Source: an uncultured Actinomycetes bacterium (lineage in GTDB: Bacteria; Actinomycetota; Thermoleophilia; RBG-16-64-13). From it: DNA of 64,000 nucleotides. The notes beneath the pieces are model-generated. The model saw nothing but the letters and a program-made list of their open reading frames with translations. It was not told where the DNA came from and ran no database searches. This document shows positions 38,748 to 48,283 of this stretch, piece by piece; the first letter of the stretch is position 1; each line of letters starts with the position of its first letter. A program made the position numbers and the translations under genes. The stretch lies in contig CAIQPS010000094.1 in NCBI GenBank assembly GCA_903873715.1, forward strand, positions 40 to 64,039, read 5' to 3'.

Positions 38748-40226
38748 TCATGCGGCCGGTCGCAGGGTCCCACCTCCTGTGAGCGTGTAGGTCTGGCCTC
38801 CGAGTGCGCTGTTCGCCGAATCGGTCGCGTCGTAGTAGACGGTGTGGCCGTTGCCGGTGATGTTGGCGATGGTCGTGCCTGAGATCCCGCCGGTCAGCGT
38901 GATGCTGGTGAGGTAGGAGTCGGCAGTGACGTTCCAGGTGCTGCTCGCGTCGAGGGTGAGGGTGGCTGCCTTGGCCGCCTTGTCGGCGTTGATGCTGCCG
39001 GACAGGGACGAGCCGTTCTGGAGAGTGACGTTCGCGCTGCTGATGCTGTCGGCCACCACATTGCCGGTGAGGGCCTGGCCGTCGGCCACCAGGCTCGCGG
39101 TGCCGCCGTTGGCGCCGTTGGCGCCCCAGTTGCCGGCCGCGGCCTTGAGCAGGATGCCGGAGGCCACGTTGACGGTCACGCCTTTGAGGGTGATGTCGGC
39201 CGTGGTGTTGGTGACGTAGAAGAGCGGGCCGCCCGCACCCGAGTAGTCGAGCGATCTGCCGGTCATGGTGAACGTGCCCTGGGAGCCCTCGGCGTCGCCC
39301 GACATGCTCTGGTAGATCATGACGCCCCACTTGTCGGCGAAGGTGGAGGAGAGGGTGACATCGTTCAGGATGATGCTGTTGGCGCCCTCGATGACCGCCG
39401 CTTCGGCGCCGGTGGCCTTGTAGGTGCCGCCGTTCACCGTGATGGTGCCGGTCGAGTACAGGGCCGGGGAATCCTGGCCGGTGGCCACGGCGCTGCCACC
39501 GGTGGCCGTGATTGTGCCGCCGCCGCGGTCGGTGGCGAGAGGGGCGGAGTTCTTGCCGGCCGTGGTGATGACCACATCGGTGAGGGTGGCGGTGCCGCCC
39601 TGGGTGGCCATGACACCGTGCCCTCCGCCGCCCGTCGCGTCGATCGTGACGTTCTTGAGGGTCACCGAGGAGCCGTCGCCCGTGGCGAACGCACCGTTGG
39701 CGCCCGACCCGGTGGTGCTGACGGAGCTGTCGCTGAGGCCGACGGTGCTGCCGTCGGTGGCGACGACTGCGGCGTTGAGGCCGTAGAAGCTACTGCTGTC
39801 GTTACTGGAAGTGTCGCCGCTCGTCTTGATGGTGGCGTTGGCGACGGTCAAGGTGCCGCTGCCGCTCACCAGGATCGCCGACTGGTCCTGCTCGGTGGCG
39901 GTGTAGGTCTGGCCGTCCGCCGTCTTGGTGCCGCCGCTCTGGGTGCATGCGGCGGTGGTGGGTTTCACGGCGCTGCTGTCGCTGCCGCCAGGGGCCCCAC
40001 CGGAACTGCTGCCGCTCGGAGGCGCGGCCGGCGCTCCGCTGCTGGATCCACTCGTTGATCCCGACGTCGTCGCGGCCGCTGCCGCAGTTGTCGCGCTCGT
40101 CTGGGCCGTCGCCCCCGCGCTTGCCGCTCCCGTGGTGCCGTTGCCGCAGGCAGCCAACGAGATCCCGGCAAGGAGAATGGCAAGGGCGATGGCCAGCGCG
40201 AAGATGATCTTCCTCCGTCTGCTCAC
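38748..40226 (-). CDS. Ser/Thr/Gly-rich beta-helix surface lipoprotein (autotransporter-passenger-like)
   Basis: RRRK plus hydrophobic stretch plus LAAC lipobox; SSFYGLNAAV, LATDRGGG, SPALYSTG, MIYQSMSGDA, WNVTADSYLT. Confidence 0.75.
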   Translation of the reverse strand: MSRRRKIIFALAIALAILLAGISLAACGNGTTGAASAGATAQTSATTAAAAATTSGSTSGSSSGAPAAPPSGSSSGGAPGGSDSSAVKPTTAACTQSGGTKTADGQTYTATEQDQSAILVSGSGTLTVANATIKTSGDTSSNDSSSFYGLNAAVVATDGSTVGLSDSSVSTTGSGANGAFATGDGSSVTLKNVTIDATGGGGHGVMATQGGTATLTDVVITTAGKNSAPLATDRGGGTITATGGSAVATGQDSPALYSTGTITVNGGTYKATGAEAAVIEGANSIILNDVTLSSTFADKWGVMIYQSMSGDAEGSQGTFTMTGRSLDYSGAGGPLFYVTNTTADITLKGVTVNVASGILLKAAAGNWGANGANGGTASLVADGQALTGNVVADSISSANVTLQNGSSLSGSINADKAAKAATLTLDASSTWNVTADSYLTSITLTGGISGTTIANITGNGHTVYYDATDSANSALGGQTYTLTGGGTLRPAA

Positions 40227-40590
40227 CTCGTCATCTCCTTTCCCTGTCCGTGGCGCCCGGCGGGCGCCTTGCCCTTCGAACATATCCCCGGGGTGATAAG
40301 GAGAGGGTAAATCGCACTAACGGCTAAACCTACTAACCATTCGGTAGGCGGCAACGGCCTCGGTTCCGCTTAGGCGATCACACGCTGGTTGAAGCGTGTG
40401 CGAAAGCCCGGCGGCGGCCGCTTTTCGCCCACAGCACAATACAGCGCTGCTGCTGGAGGCGCGCTGGGAAAGTGAGAACGTCATATCACCTCTGAAATAG
40501 TTCGTTTTTGCTGGGTGGAATTGCGATACAGCCAGTCCGGACAAAGCCGGAAGAACGAAGAAAGACCGCGTCGATTCGGACGGTCCACGC

Positions 40591-40640
40591 TTAAGTTACG
40601 CGATTCTTCTAGGGACAGAAATGTGATATTAGTTAACTAG
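40591..40640 (+). promoter_or_regulatory. Island promoter/operator motif, copy 1
   Basis: TTAAGT-N6-ATTC-N15-TGTGATATTAGT, overlapping palindrome TAGTTAACTA (40630-40639); same motif on - strand at 48848-48890. Confidence 0.65.
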
Positions 40641-40665
40641 CGATCGAGCGGAAAGGGGTATTGGG

Positions 40666-41460
40666 GTGGGCCAGCAACAGATGTCTCTCTCAGCGTTGGG
40701 AAGGCTCTTCGATCTCAGTGGCAAGGTCGCTGTCATCAGCGGTTCGAGCGGGGCGTTTGGCAACGCCATCGCTAGAGGACTGGCTGCCCATGGAGCCGAC
40801 GTGGCGCTGTTGGACCGTGTCGGTCCGGTCTCCGCGACAGTGGGCGAGATCGAGTCGCTCGGCCGCCGGGCCTTGGCGCTCACCTGCGACGTCACCGACG
40901 AGCAGAGCGTGGAGGCCGCCATGGATGCGGTTGCCAAGGACTTGGGCAAGATCGACGCCTTGTTCGCGGTGGCAGGCATCGCGGTGCGCCGGGCCTCGGA
41001 AGAACTATCGCTCCCCGATTGGCAGAGGGTCATGGATGTGAATGTGAAAGGTACCTGGCTTTGCTGCACCGCTGCGGGGAGGCACATGATCCGCCAGGGC
41101 CATGGCGGAAAGATAGTGACGATCGGGTCGGTGCGCGGCTTTCTGGGCCACCCGGCAGGGTATGGGGCCTACGGTACGTCCAAAGGCGCCGTACATCTTT
41201 TGACTAAGCAACTCGCTACGGAATGGGCGAAGTACGGGATCAACGTGAATTCCATCGCGCCCTCCGTCTTCTACACCACGCTCAACACGCCCATCATGGA
41301 GAACCAGGAACTGAGCGATCTTTTCCTCTCGAGGATCCCGATGCACCGTTTCGGCCAGCCGGACGAACTCGTCGGCGCCTCGGTGTTTCTGGCTTCGCCA
41401 GCCTCAGACTACGTCACCGGTCTGATTCTGTCCGTCGACGGTGGCGCGGTCGCCGGGTAG
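40666..41460 (+). CDS. SDR oxidoreductase (gluconate 5-dehydrogenase/KduD-like)
   Basis: FDLSGKVAVISGSSGAFG, YGTSKG, EWAKYGINVNSIAP, VDGG. Confidence 0.9.
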   Translation: MGQQQMSLSALGRLFDLSGKVAVISGSSGAFGNAIARGLAAHGADVALLDRVGPVSATVGEIESLGRRALALTCDVTDEQSVEAAMDAVAKDLGKIDALFAVAGIAVRRASEELSLPDWQRVMDVNVKGTWLCCTAAGRHMIRQGHGGKIVTIGSVRGFLGHPAGYGAYGTSKGAVHLLTKQLATEWAKYGINVNSIAPSVFYTTLNTPIMENQELSDLFLSRIPMHRFGQPDELVGASVFLASPASDYVTGLILSVDGGAVAG

Positions 41461-41520
41461 TCGTCCCATGTCCGTCGTCAGCATCGTTTTGACACTTCTT
41501 GCGCCTACGGAGGTGCGCGG

Positions 41521-42654
41521 ATGAGAGCCATCAGGCTACATGGCAGAGGCGATATCCGTTTGGAGGATGTCCCGGCCCCTGGCAGCCTCGGGCCGCGGGA
41601 CGTTCTTATCAAGCCCCGGTTCTGCGGTATTTGCGGGACCGACCTTCACGAGTACGTGGAGGGGGCGCGCGTAGTGCCGAGCAAGCCCCATCCCATGACC
41701 GGCGCGATGCTTCCCCAGATCCTGGGTCACGAGTTGAGTGCCGATGTCGTGGAGGTCGGCACGGATGTCGTCAACACCAAGCCGGGCGATCGCATAGCAG
41801 TGATGCCCGAGATCTCCTGCGGCCGCTGCTACTACTGCCAGCGCGGCTGGAATCATCTGTGCACTCTCCATGCGTGCGTCGGTCTCAGTTGGGCGTGGGG
41901 AGGCTTTTCGGAATATGCGGTCGTACCCGACTACAGCGCGGTTGTGCTGCCAGACGCAGTCTCGTACGAACAGGGAGCACTTCTCGAACCCACCGCCGTC
42001 GCCGCGTACGCAGTGGAACGGGGCCACCTTCAAGGAGGGGGGTCGATCCTCATCGCCGGTGCGGGCCCCATCGGCATCCTTGCCGCGCTCTACGCTCGGG
42101 CGATCGGGGCGGGTGCGGTCTACATCACGGAGACCAACGTGAAGCGCCTCGATCTGGCACGGTCTCTGGGCGTGTCCGAGGTTTTCAACCCAGCGGCCCC
42201 TGAGCGGGCCGCCGCCCGGAAACAGGGGAGAGACACGGCCACCGGCGTGTTCGACCCGTCGAAGAGTTGGGTGGTGGACGCACTTCGCGAGCGCACCGGA
42301 GGGGTCGGGGTCGATGTGGCTGTCGACTGTACGGGGAACGAGTTCGGGTTGAACACATGCATCAACGCAGTCAGGAGTCGCGGGACGGTCGTCGAGTCGG
42401 CGCTGCACGTTCAGTCGCCTACCGTGGACATGTATGCGCTCGGTCTGAAGGACGCGAGCCTCGAAGCCACTTGGTGCTTCAACGTCTACGACTTCCCCAG
42501 GTACGCCTCTCTCATCGCGGCAGGCCGGCTACCGGTGGAGAAGGCGATCAGCGCGAAGATCCCGCTGGAGGACGTGGACGAAAAGGGTTTCAAGGTGCTC
42601 ACCGACCCGAGCGGCGGCGCGACCAAGATCCTGGTGTACCCGGAGGCACACTAG
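41521..42654 (+). CDS. Zn-dependent alcohol dehydrogenase (2,3-butanediol dehydrogenase-like)
   Basis: CGICGTDLHEY, GHE, CGRCYYCQRG..C, GAGPIG. Confidence 0.9.
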   Translation: MRAIRLHGRGDIRLEDVPAPGSLGPRDVLIKPRFCGICGTDLHEYVEGARVVPSKPHPMTGAMLPQILGHELSADVVEVGTDVVNTKPGDRIAVMPEISCGRCYYCQRGWNHLCTLHACVGLSWAWGGFSEYAVVPDYSAVVLPDAVSYEQGALLEPTAVAAYAVERGHLQGGGSILIAGAGPIGILAALYARAIGAGAVYITETNVKRLDLARSLGVSEVFNPAAPERAAARKQGRDTATGVFDPSKSWVVDALRERTGGVGVDVAVDCTGNEFGLNTCINAVRSRGTVVESALHVQSPTVDMYALGLKDASLEATWCFNVYDFPRYASLIAAGRLPVEKAISAKIPLEDVDEKGFKVLTDPSGGATKILVYPEAH

Positions 42655-42662
42655 ACCCGGCG

Positions 42663-43595
42663 ATGCAGTTCGGCACTGACACCCGGGCGGGCGGTCCACG
42701 TTCTCGTCTGCGCATCTCAGCCGGTAGTCTGGCCTTGGTGGTTCTCCCTCTCGTCTGGGCGTACGGCTGGACCGCGGCGAAGATAGGCGTGGCGTCGGCG
42801 GAACCCTTCATGGTGGGTGCACTACGCAATCTGGGGGCTGCGGTCGTCATCCTCGCCGTCGCCGCCTTCGCCCGGCGACCTCTTCGTCCGAGACCATTGG
42901 GCTGGCTGATCCTGCTTGGAGTCCTCCAGACCAGCGGGATGGTCGGTCTGTCAATGTGGGCTCTGCAACAAGGAGGCGCGGGTAAGGTCTCCGTACTCGC
43001 CTACACGATGCCGTTCTGGCTGCTGCTGCTCGCCGCGGTGTTCCTAGGCGAACGCATCCACGGTGTGCAGTGGGCCGCAGTGGTGTGTGCGCTGGCCGGA
43101 CTCGTGGCGATCATCGCGCCGTGGCGTCTCGCTGGGGTCGGCGGCAGTCTTCTCGCCGTGGGAAGCGGCTTGTTCTGGGCTGCCGGAGCGGTGGTGGTTA
43201 AAGTCATACGGAGCCGCTACGAGTGCGATCTTCTGGCGCTTACCGGCTGGCAGATGCTGTTCGGTGTGATTCCGCTGGCCCTCGTGGCTGCTCTGACCTT
43301 CCGTGAGGCTCCCCACTGGAACGGCTCGTTCATAGCCGCGTTGGGCTATCTCGTGGTGTTCTCCGAGGCGCTCGGTTGGTGCCTGTGGGTGTACGTGCTG
43401 AGGAAGATGCCTGCTTCCACGGCGGGTATAACGGTGCTCGCCACGCCGGTCATCGCGATACTAATGTCCTGGGCACAACTGGGGGAGCGGCCGGGCGGGA
43501 TGGAGGCGGTGGGGATGGCGCTGGTGGTGGTGGCGCTCTTCCTCATAACGGTCGGCGCCGTTATTGCGAGAAGAAGCGATAAAGGCGTGGGCTGA
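42663..43595 (+). CDS. EamA/DMT family transporter
   Basis: About 10 TM; YTMPFW..FLGER, TGWQML, LGERP. Confidence 0.88.
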   Translation: MQFGTDTRAGGPRSRLRISAGSLALVVLPLVWAYGWTAAKIGVASAEPFMVGALRNLGAAVVILAVAAFARRPLRPRPLGWLILLGVLQTSGMVGLSMWALQQGGAGKVSVLAYTMPFWLLLLAAVFLGERIHGVQWAAVVCALAGLVAIIAPWRLAGVGGSLLAVGSGLFWAAGAVVVKVIRSRYECDLLALTGWQMLFGVIPLALVAALTFREAPHWNGSFIAALGYLVVFSEALGWCLWVYVLRKMPASTAGITVLATPVIAILMSWAQLGERPGGMEAVGMALVVVALFLITVGAVIARRSDKGVG

Positions 43596-43598
43596 GAC

Positions 43599-44177
43599 CT
43601 ATCTCGAGGGAACTCCCTCGGGATCGGACGTCGGATAGCCGATGGCAGAAACTCGAGACGCCACACTCTCCATCCGCAGCCGGCGTTTGGACAAGCGCAG
43701 GGCCAACTCGTCTGCGAGAGACCCTGCCCAAGCCATTTCCTTGTCTCGGAGGCTAGCCAGGTACCGGCCGGTGGCCTCGAGGTCGGCGAGGAACCGAGCG
43801 CGGACGTCACCGGGCTCGAAGCCGAGGTCTACTGCATACGTGAAGACCCAACGGTCACCCTTGATGGCGAGTGGCACGTCGAACTCCGCCGAGGGAAGAT
43901 AATTGACAAGGAATCCAGCGGGCATGACGGTCTTGACGTGGAACATGAGTTCCACTCGCGGGTTGACGGCCGACGCGATCTCGAGATGGTCGAGCCAGAT
44001 GCACTCTTCGCACAACTGCGGTACCCCGACGCGGCGTCCAGTCACCAGCGAGACCGCCTGGGCCTGGAGGTCGGCGTCCGGGTGGGGGTCCACCTCGAAC
44101 TGGTCCGCTTCCGCCCTGGCATCGTCCGCGGATCGGGCAAGCAAACCATCCAGCATGACGTTGTTGAATGTCAGCAT
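43599..44177 (-). CDS. Hypothetical protein
   Basis: 192-aa ORF with GGAGG RBS filling the gap between EamA and the divergent ORF; amphipathic C-terminal helices. Confidence 0.6.
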   Translation of the reverse strand: MLTFNNVMLDGLLARSADDARAEADQFEVDPHPDADLQAQAVSLVTGRRVGVPQLCEECIWLDHLEIASAVNPRVELMFHVKTVMPAGFLVNYLPSAEFDVPLAIKGDRWVFTYAVDLGFEPGDVRARFLADLEATGRYLASLRDKEMAWAGSLADELALRLSKRRLRMESVASRVSAIGYPTSDPEGVPSR

Positions 44178-44260
44178 CTCGTGTCCTCCGAACTGTGGTG
44201 CGAAGCGAGCATCGCGGTGACTATGATAGATTGCCGGCCGACAGATAGGGTGGGTCCCCG

Positions 44261-45079
44261 TTGAAACGCAGTCTCTTCAAAGCTCCAGCCCCCCGCTTTC
44301 ACTCCTGGCCCCAGGTCCTTGCCGAACCCGCGTATTGGCGCGCTGACGAGTTCATGGTCGCCAGCACCGCGCTTGAGCACGCGGCCGCATACCTGCTTCG
44401 GCGGTATGTGTCGCGGTCGCCCGCTGGGGCGGATGACACTGCGGGTCTTGGCCGCCACATCATCATGACCGGCGCAGTCGCCGGTCGCTCTATGCAGCAG
44501 GCGGCGCACTCCCGGAACGGCGCTCCGCCGAAGTCGGGTCAGGCAAGCATCGACTCGTCTGCCGTCGACTCGGTGCTCTTCACGCATATGCATGCCCCGC
44601 AGGTCTCCGCTCTTCGCGGGACCGAACGCAGCATGCTGTGCTTGTCCGGCAACGCAGAGCGGCCATCGGGCGGATTCCGGTCCTTCCCATTCGATCCCCT
44701 GTCCTTCGCGGCCCGCCTCGAGGAGTTCGATTTCGAGCGAGCCCCGGAGATGGCGCCACTCGGCCCGTGCATCGACGTCCTGGGTGACGGGAGCCTCTGG
44801 GCCATCTCCACCCCAGGCCCGACGATCGGATGTGTGTCGTACCTGGTGCTGACCGTGGGCGGTCCCCTTCTTGTCGCCGGTCTTCTCGCCGAGGCTCTCA
44901 GGTCCGGCGAGCCCGCTGTGGCCGGGCGTCACAAAGAGTTGGGCCGTTTTAGCCTCCAGCGCCTGCGCGCGTTTCTCGACTTCTATCCCGCCGTCCGCGT
45001 AGCACCTGGGACCGGCTACGAGAGCCCGACTTCGAGGATGGTGGATGGCGAGGAAGTCACCCAGGGTCTGTTCGAGTAG
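44261..45079 (+). CDS. Degenerate metallo-beta-lactamase-fold protein (AHL-lactonase-like)
   Basis: VDSVLFTHMH, DVLGDGSLWAISTPG.T.G, LLVAG; most metal ligands substituted. Confidence 0.6.
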   Translation: MKRSLFKAPAPRFHSWPQVLAEPAYWRADEFMVASTALEHAAAYLLRRYVSRSPAGADDTAGLGRHIIMTGAVAGRSMQQAAHSRNGAPPKSGQASIDSSAVDSVLFTHMHAPQVSALRGTERSMLCLSGNAERPSGGFRSFPFDPLSFAARLEEFDFERAPEMAPLGPCIDVLGDGSLWAISTPGPTIGCVSYLVLTVGGPLLVAGLLAEALRSGEPAVAGRHKELGRFSLQRLRAFLDFYPAVRVAPGTGYESPTSRMVDGEEVTQGLFE

Positions 45080-45111
45080 CGGACCGGGAGGCAGGTCTGC
45101 GGGATCCGTGG

Positions 45112-46176
45112 TCAGAAAACCACCATGACCTTTACCGCCTCGGCCTTATGCGAAACGGCGATGTCTACCGCTCCATGAAGGTCCGCGAACGGCACGCGAT
45201 GCGAGATGAGAGTGGTGAAATCGGCCGTTCTGCGCGCACGGTCCATGAACCGGATCGTGCGCGGGGTGAAGTCCGAGACGCCGCCCTGTCCGTAGATCGA
45301 CATACCTCTCCAAAGGGTCTTGCCGATCTCCACCGGCACTTTGTGGCCCACCGTGTGCCCTATCAGCCGGACTCGGCACTGGAAGCCGGCGACATCGAAG
45401 ACCGAGGCGACCGCACCATCGTTCCCCGATGCCTCCACCACCAGGCTGGGACCTCTTCCCGCAACACACACCTGGGCGATCTGCGGGGCCAACTCCCCGG
45501 CCGGTGGTGGTGTCAGGGTGACATCGGCTCCCAACCGCGTAGCGAGGGCCAGCCGGTTGGGCAGCGGATCGACCACCACCACTCGAGCTCCAGCCGTCTT
45601 GCAGGTAATCAGCGCGCTCAGCCCGATGGGGCCCGCGCCGAAGATCACCACGTCATCGCTCGCGTCCACCCAGCCACCGGGCCCCCATATACCGTAGTAG
45701 CCGACGCCGAACGGCTCCACCAAAGCACCTTCTTCGGCCGTCCAATCATCTGGGAGCCTGTGCAAGTAGCTGTCTTCGATAACCAGATACTCGCCCCACG
45801 CTCCGGGGGAATCCGGCCGGAAACCGGCCTCCCGCATGTTCAGGCAGGCCGCGGGCATCAGGCCCTGCTTGCAGTTGGCGCATCTGAAGCATTTGAGGAC
45901 GCAGTCTCCGGTCACCTTGTCGCCGACGGCGAATCCGGAGACCATATCTCCCAGCGCGGCAACCTGACCGGCCCATTCGTGTCCGGGGGTGTAGGGAGCG
46001 AGGTCGTATCGCCCTTCCTTGGATTCGCCCTCGAAGCATTCGACGTCCGACCCGCAGATGCCGGCCGCCTGAACACGAACGAGCACCTGGCCCGGCCCCG
46101 GGTCGGGGATGGCCAGGTGCTCGATTCTCAAGTCGTGCGGACCATGCAGGAACGCGACTTGTTGTGTTCGGGGCAT
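45112..46176 (-). CDS. Zn-dependent alcohol/polyol dehydrogenase
   Basis: GICGSD, GHEW, CFRCANCKQG..C, GAGPIG. Confidence 0.9.
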   Translation of the reverse strand: MPRTQQVAFLHGPHDLRIEHLAIPDPGPGQVLVRVQAAGICGSDVECFEGESKEGRYDLAPYTPGHEWAGQVAALGDMVSGFAVGDKVTGDCVLKCFRCANCKQGLMPAACLNMREAGFRPDSPGAWGEYLVIEDSYLHRLPDDWTAEEGALVEPFGVGYYGIWGPGGWVDASDDVVIFGAGPIGLSALITCKTAGARVVVVDPLPNRLALATRLGADVTLTPPPAGELAPQIAQVCVAGRGPSLVVEASGNDGAVASVFDVAGFQCRVRLIGHTVGHKVPVEIGKTLWRGMSIYGQGGVSDFTPRTIRFMDRARRTADFTTLISHRVPFADLHGAVDIAVSHKAEAVKVMVVF

Positions 46177-46183
46177 CGTGCTG

Positions 46184-48238
46184 TCAGACCTTGCAGGCGG
46201 TCTCCCGCGCTTCGGTCAGCGCGTTGATTATCAGCGACGAATCCACACCGTTGCCGCAACCGATGCTGTAGACCTCGGGGACGTCCCCGTCTATCTCGTG
46301 CTTGAGCCGGTCGTTCGCGCCCGGAGGAAGCAGGACCATGACAGTGTCGGCCGCTAGGGCGCGCTTCGTGCCGTCTTTCAACGTGATGTCGACGCCGCTG
46401 TCCGTGATCTTGTCATAGGTGACCCCGGTCAGCACTTCGACGCCCTCCTTGGCCAGCCAGGGCAGCGTCCGCTTGATGTAACGCGGAGGCATGCGACCGC
46501 CAAGACTCTCCGACTCCTCGAGGACCGTCACCGTGCGCCCTCTCTTCTTCAGGAAGACCGCGCCCTGCAACCCTTCGATCTGGCCGCCGATGATCACCAC
46601 CCGCTTGCCGACGCCCGGCAGGGCTATGTTCGAGAGCTTGCCGACGGCATTGGCACCCAGCATGCGAAGTGGCCGCTCAGCGGTCCGGGCCAGGCTCGCG
46701 ACTCCTTCGACGTTCCGGTTCAAGATGCCCGGTATGTCCTCGGGCAGCACGTAGTTGCCGCCCACTGCCAGTATCACCACGTCAGGTTTGTTCGCCAGCA
46801 CCACGTGCTTGTCGGCTTCCACGCCTGTCTTGATGGTTATGGGCAGACGCTGGACCTGACGCGACAGGTAGTCGATGACCGTGGTGACGTCGTCGAAGTC
46901 GGTCCCCTTCAGCATCGCGGCAAGGTGCAACTTGCCTCCCAGGTGGCCACTCCTCTCTAGGAGAATCACGTCATGACCACGAAGGGCGGCCACGCGGGCA
47001 GCTTCCATGCCAGCCGGCCCTGCCCCGACCACCAGGACCTTCTTCTTCGTGGGAGCGGGGGTGATAGCCAGTTCTTTTTCACGGCCAAGAGCCGGGTTCA
47101 CGCGGCAGCGGCGAGGCCCGTCTTGCGGGTCTTCGCAGGTGGCGCAGCGGCAGCACCTGACGATGTCTTCCCTGTTCCCCGCCAGCACCTTGTTGGGCAA
47201 CTCGTGGTCGGCCCACAAGCCTCGGCCGAGCAGGATCAGATCGGCCTTGCCATCCTTCAGGATCTCCTCACCCAAGTCCTCATCCAGGCGGCCGACAGCG
47301 ATGACTGGGATGCCGACCGACTTCTTGACGGTCGCGGCACTCGGCACCAGGAGACCCGTCTTGAACTGCTTCACGTACGGTTTCATGAAATCGTCCGGTT
47401 CCGGATACGGCCAGTAATCCGGGACGTACTGGAATGGGGCCTTGCCGTACCCATACCCCGCCAGGCTGATGTAGTGGGCTCCGGCGCGCTCGAACCACGT
47501 CCCGGCCTCGGCGGCCTCCGCCGGCGTCATGGCTTTCGGATGGCCGAACTCCTGCCCGTTGATCCGCACTCCGATGACGAAGTCCTCGCCGCACCGCTCT
47601 TTGATCCCCGCGATGATCTCCCGGTGCAAACGGGTGCGGTTCTCCATGCTTTGCGGCCCGTACTGGTCGGTACGATAGTTCCACGCCCTGCTGAGGAAGC
47701 TCATCAAGAAATAGCCGTTCGCCGAGTGGCACTCGATGCCGTCGAAACCGCATTTCTTCGCACGCACCGCGGCCTCGATGTAGTCGGCCTTCATGGCTTC
47801 GATCTCCTCGGTGGTCACGCCGTGCGTGGGAGCGAGATAGTCGAGAGGCAACTGGTCGACGGTCAGCGTCGTAGAGGCGAGAGGGGTGTAGGTCGTTGAG
47901 ATGGGCGCCGGCCCAGGGTGATGCAGTTGCGCGAGTATGTGGCAGTCGTGTTTGTGCACGGCCGCGGCCAGTTCGGTCATCCCTGGGATGTGGCGGTCTT
48001 GTGAGAGCCCGCCGAAAAGGAAGGGCAGTTCCGGCTCCGCCGGCTGGAACAGGATGGCGCCGACGAGGATCATGCTCGCCCCGCCCTCCGCGATACCTTC
48101 ATACAGATCGATCACCCGGTTGGTGATCATTTGCCCCTCGAGCCAGTACTCGCTCGACTGTGGAGCCTTGACGATGCGGTTCTTCAGCGTCAGGCTTCCG
48201 ACCTGCAAGGGGGAAAAGAGCCTCTCGTAATTCTTCAA
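46184..48238 (-). CDS. NADH:flavin oxidoreductase, OYE TIM barrel plus 4Fe-4S plus FAD domain (FadH/BaiCD/enoate reductase-like)
   Basis: LKNRIV.AP, QLHHPG, GFDGIECHSANGY, RTDQYG, CCRCATC..CRVNP, VVGAGPAGMEAA. Confidence 0.9.
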   Translation of the reverse strand: MKNYERLFSPLQVGSLTLKNRIVKAPQSSEYWLEGQMITNRVIDLYEGIAEGGASMILVGAILFQPAEPELPFLFGGLSQDRHIPGMTELAAAVHKHDCHILAQLHHPGPAPISTTYTPLASTTLTVDQLPLDYLAPTHGVTTEEIEAMKADYIEAAVRAKKCGFDGIECHSANGYFLMSFLSRAWNYRTDQYGPQSMENRTRLHREIIAGIKERCGEDFVIGVRINGQEFGHPKAMTPAEAAEAGTWFERAGAHYISLAGYGYGKAPFQYVPDYWPYPEPDDFMKPYVKQFKTGLLVPSAATVKKSVGIPVIAVGRLDEDLGEEILKDGKADLILLGRGLWADHELPNKVLAGNREDIVRCCRCATCEDPQDGPRRCRVNPALGREKELAITPAPTKKKVLVVGAGPAGMEAARVAALRGHDVILLERSGHLGGKLHLAAMLKGTDFDDVTTVIDYLSRQVQRLPITIKTGVEADKHVVLANKPDVVILAVGGNYVLPEDIPGILNRNVEGVASLARTAERPLRMLGANAVGKLSNIALPGVGKRVVIIGGQIEGLQGAVFLKKRGRTVTVLEESESLGGRMPPRYIKRTLPWLAKEGVEVLTGVTYDKITDSGVDITLKDGTKRALAADTVMVLLPPGANDRLKHEIDGDVPEVYSIGCGNGVDSSLIINALTEARETACKV

Positions 48239-48283
48239 CGTGTTCTCCCTCGTGTTGCTACCCGTGCCAGTACCAGGTCTCGG

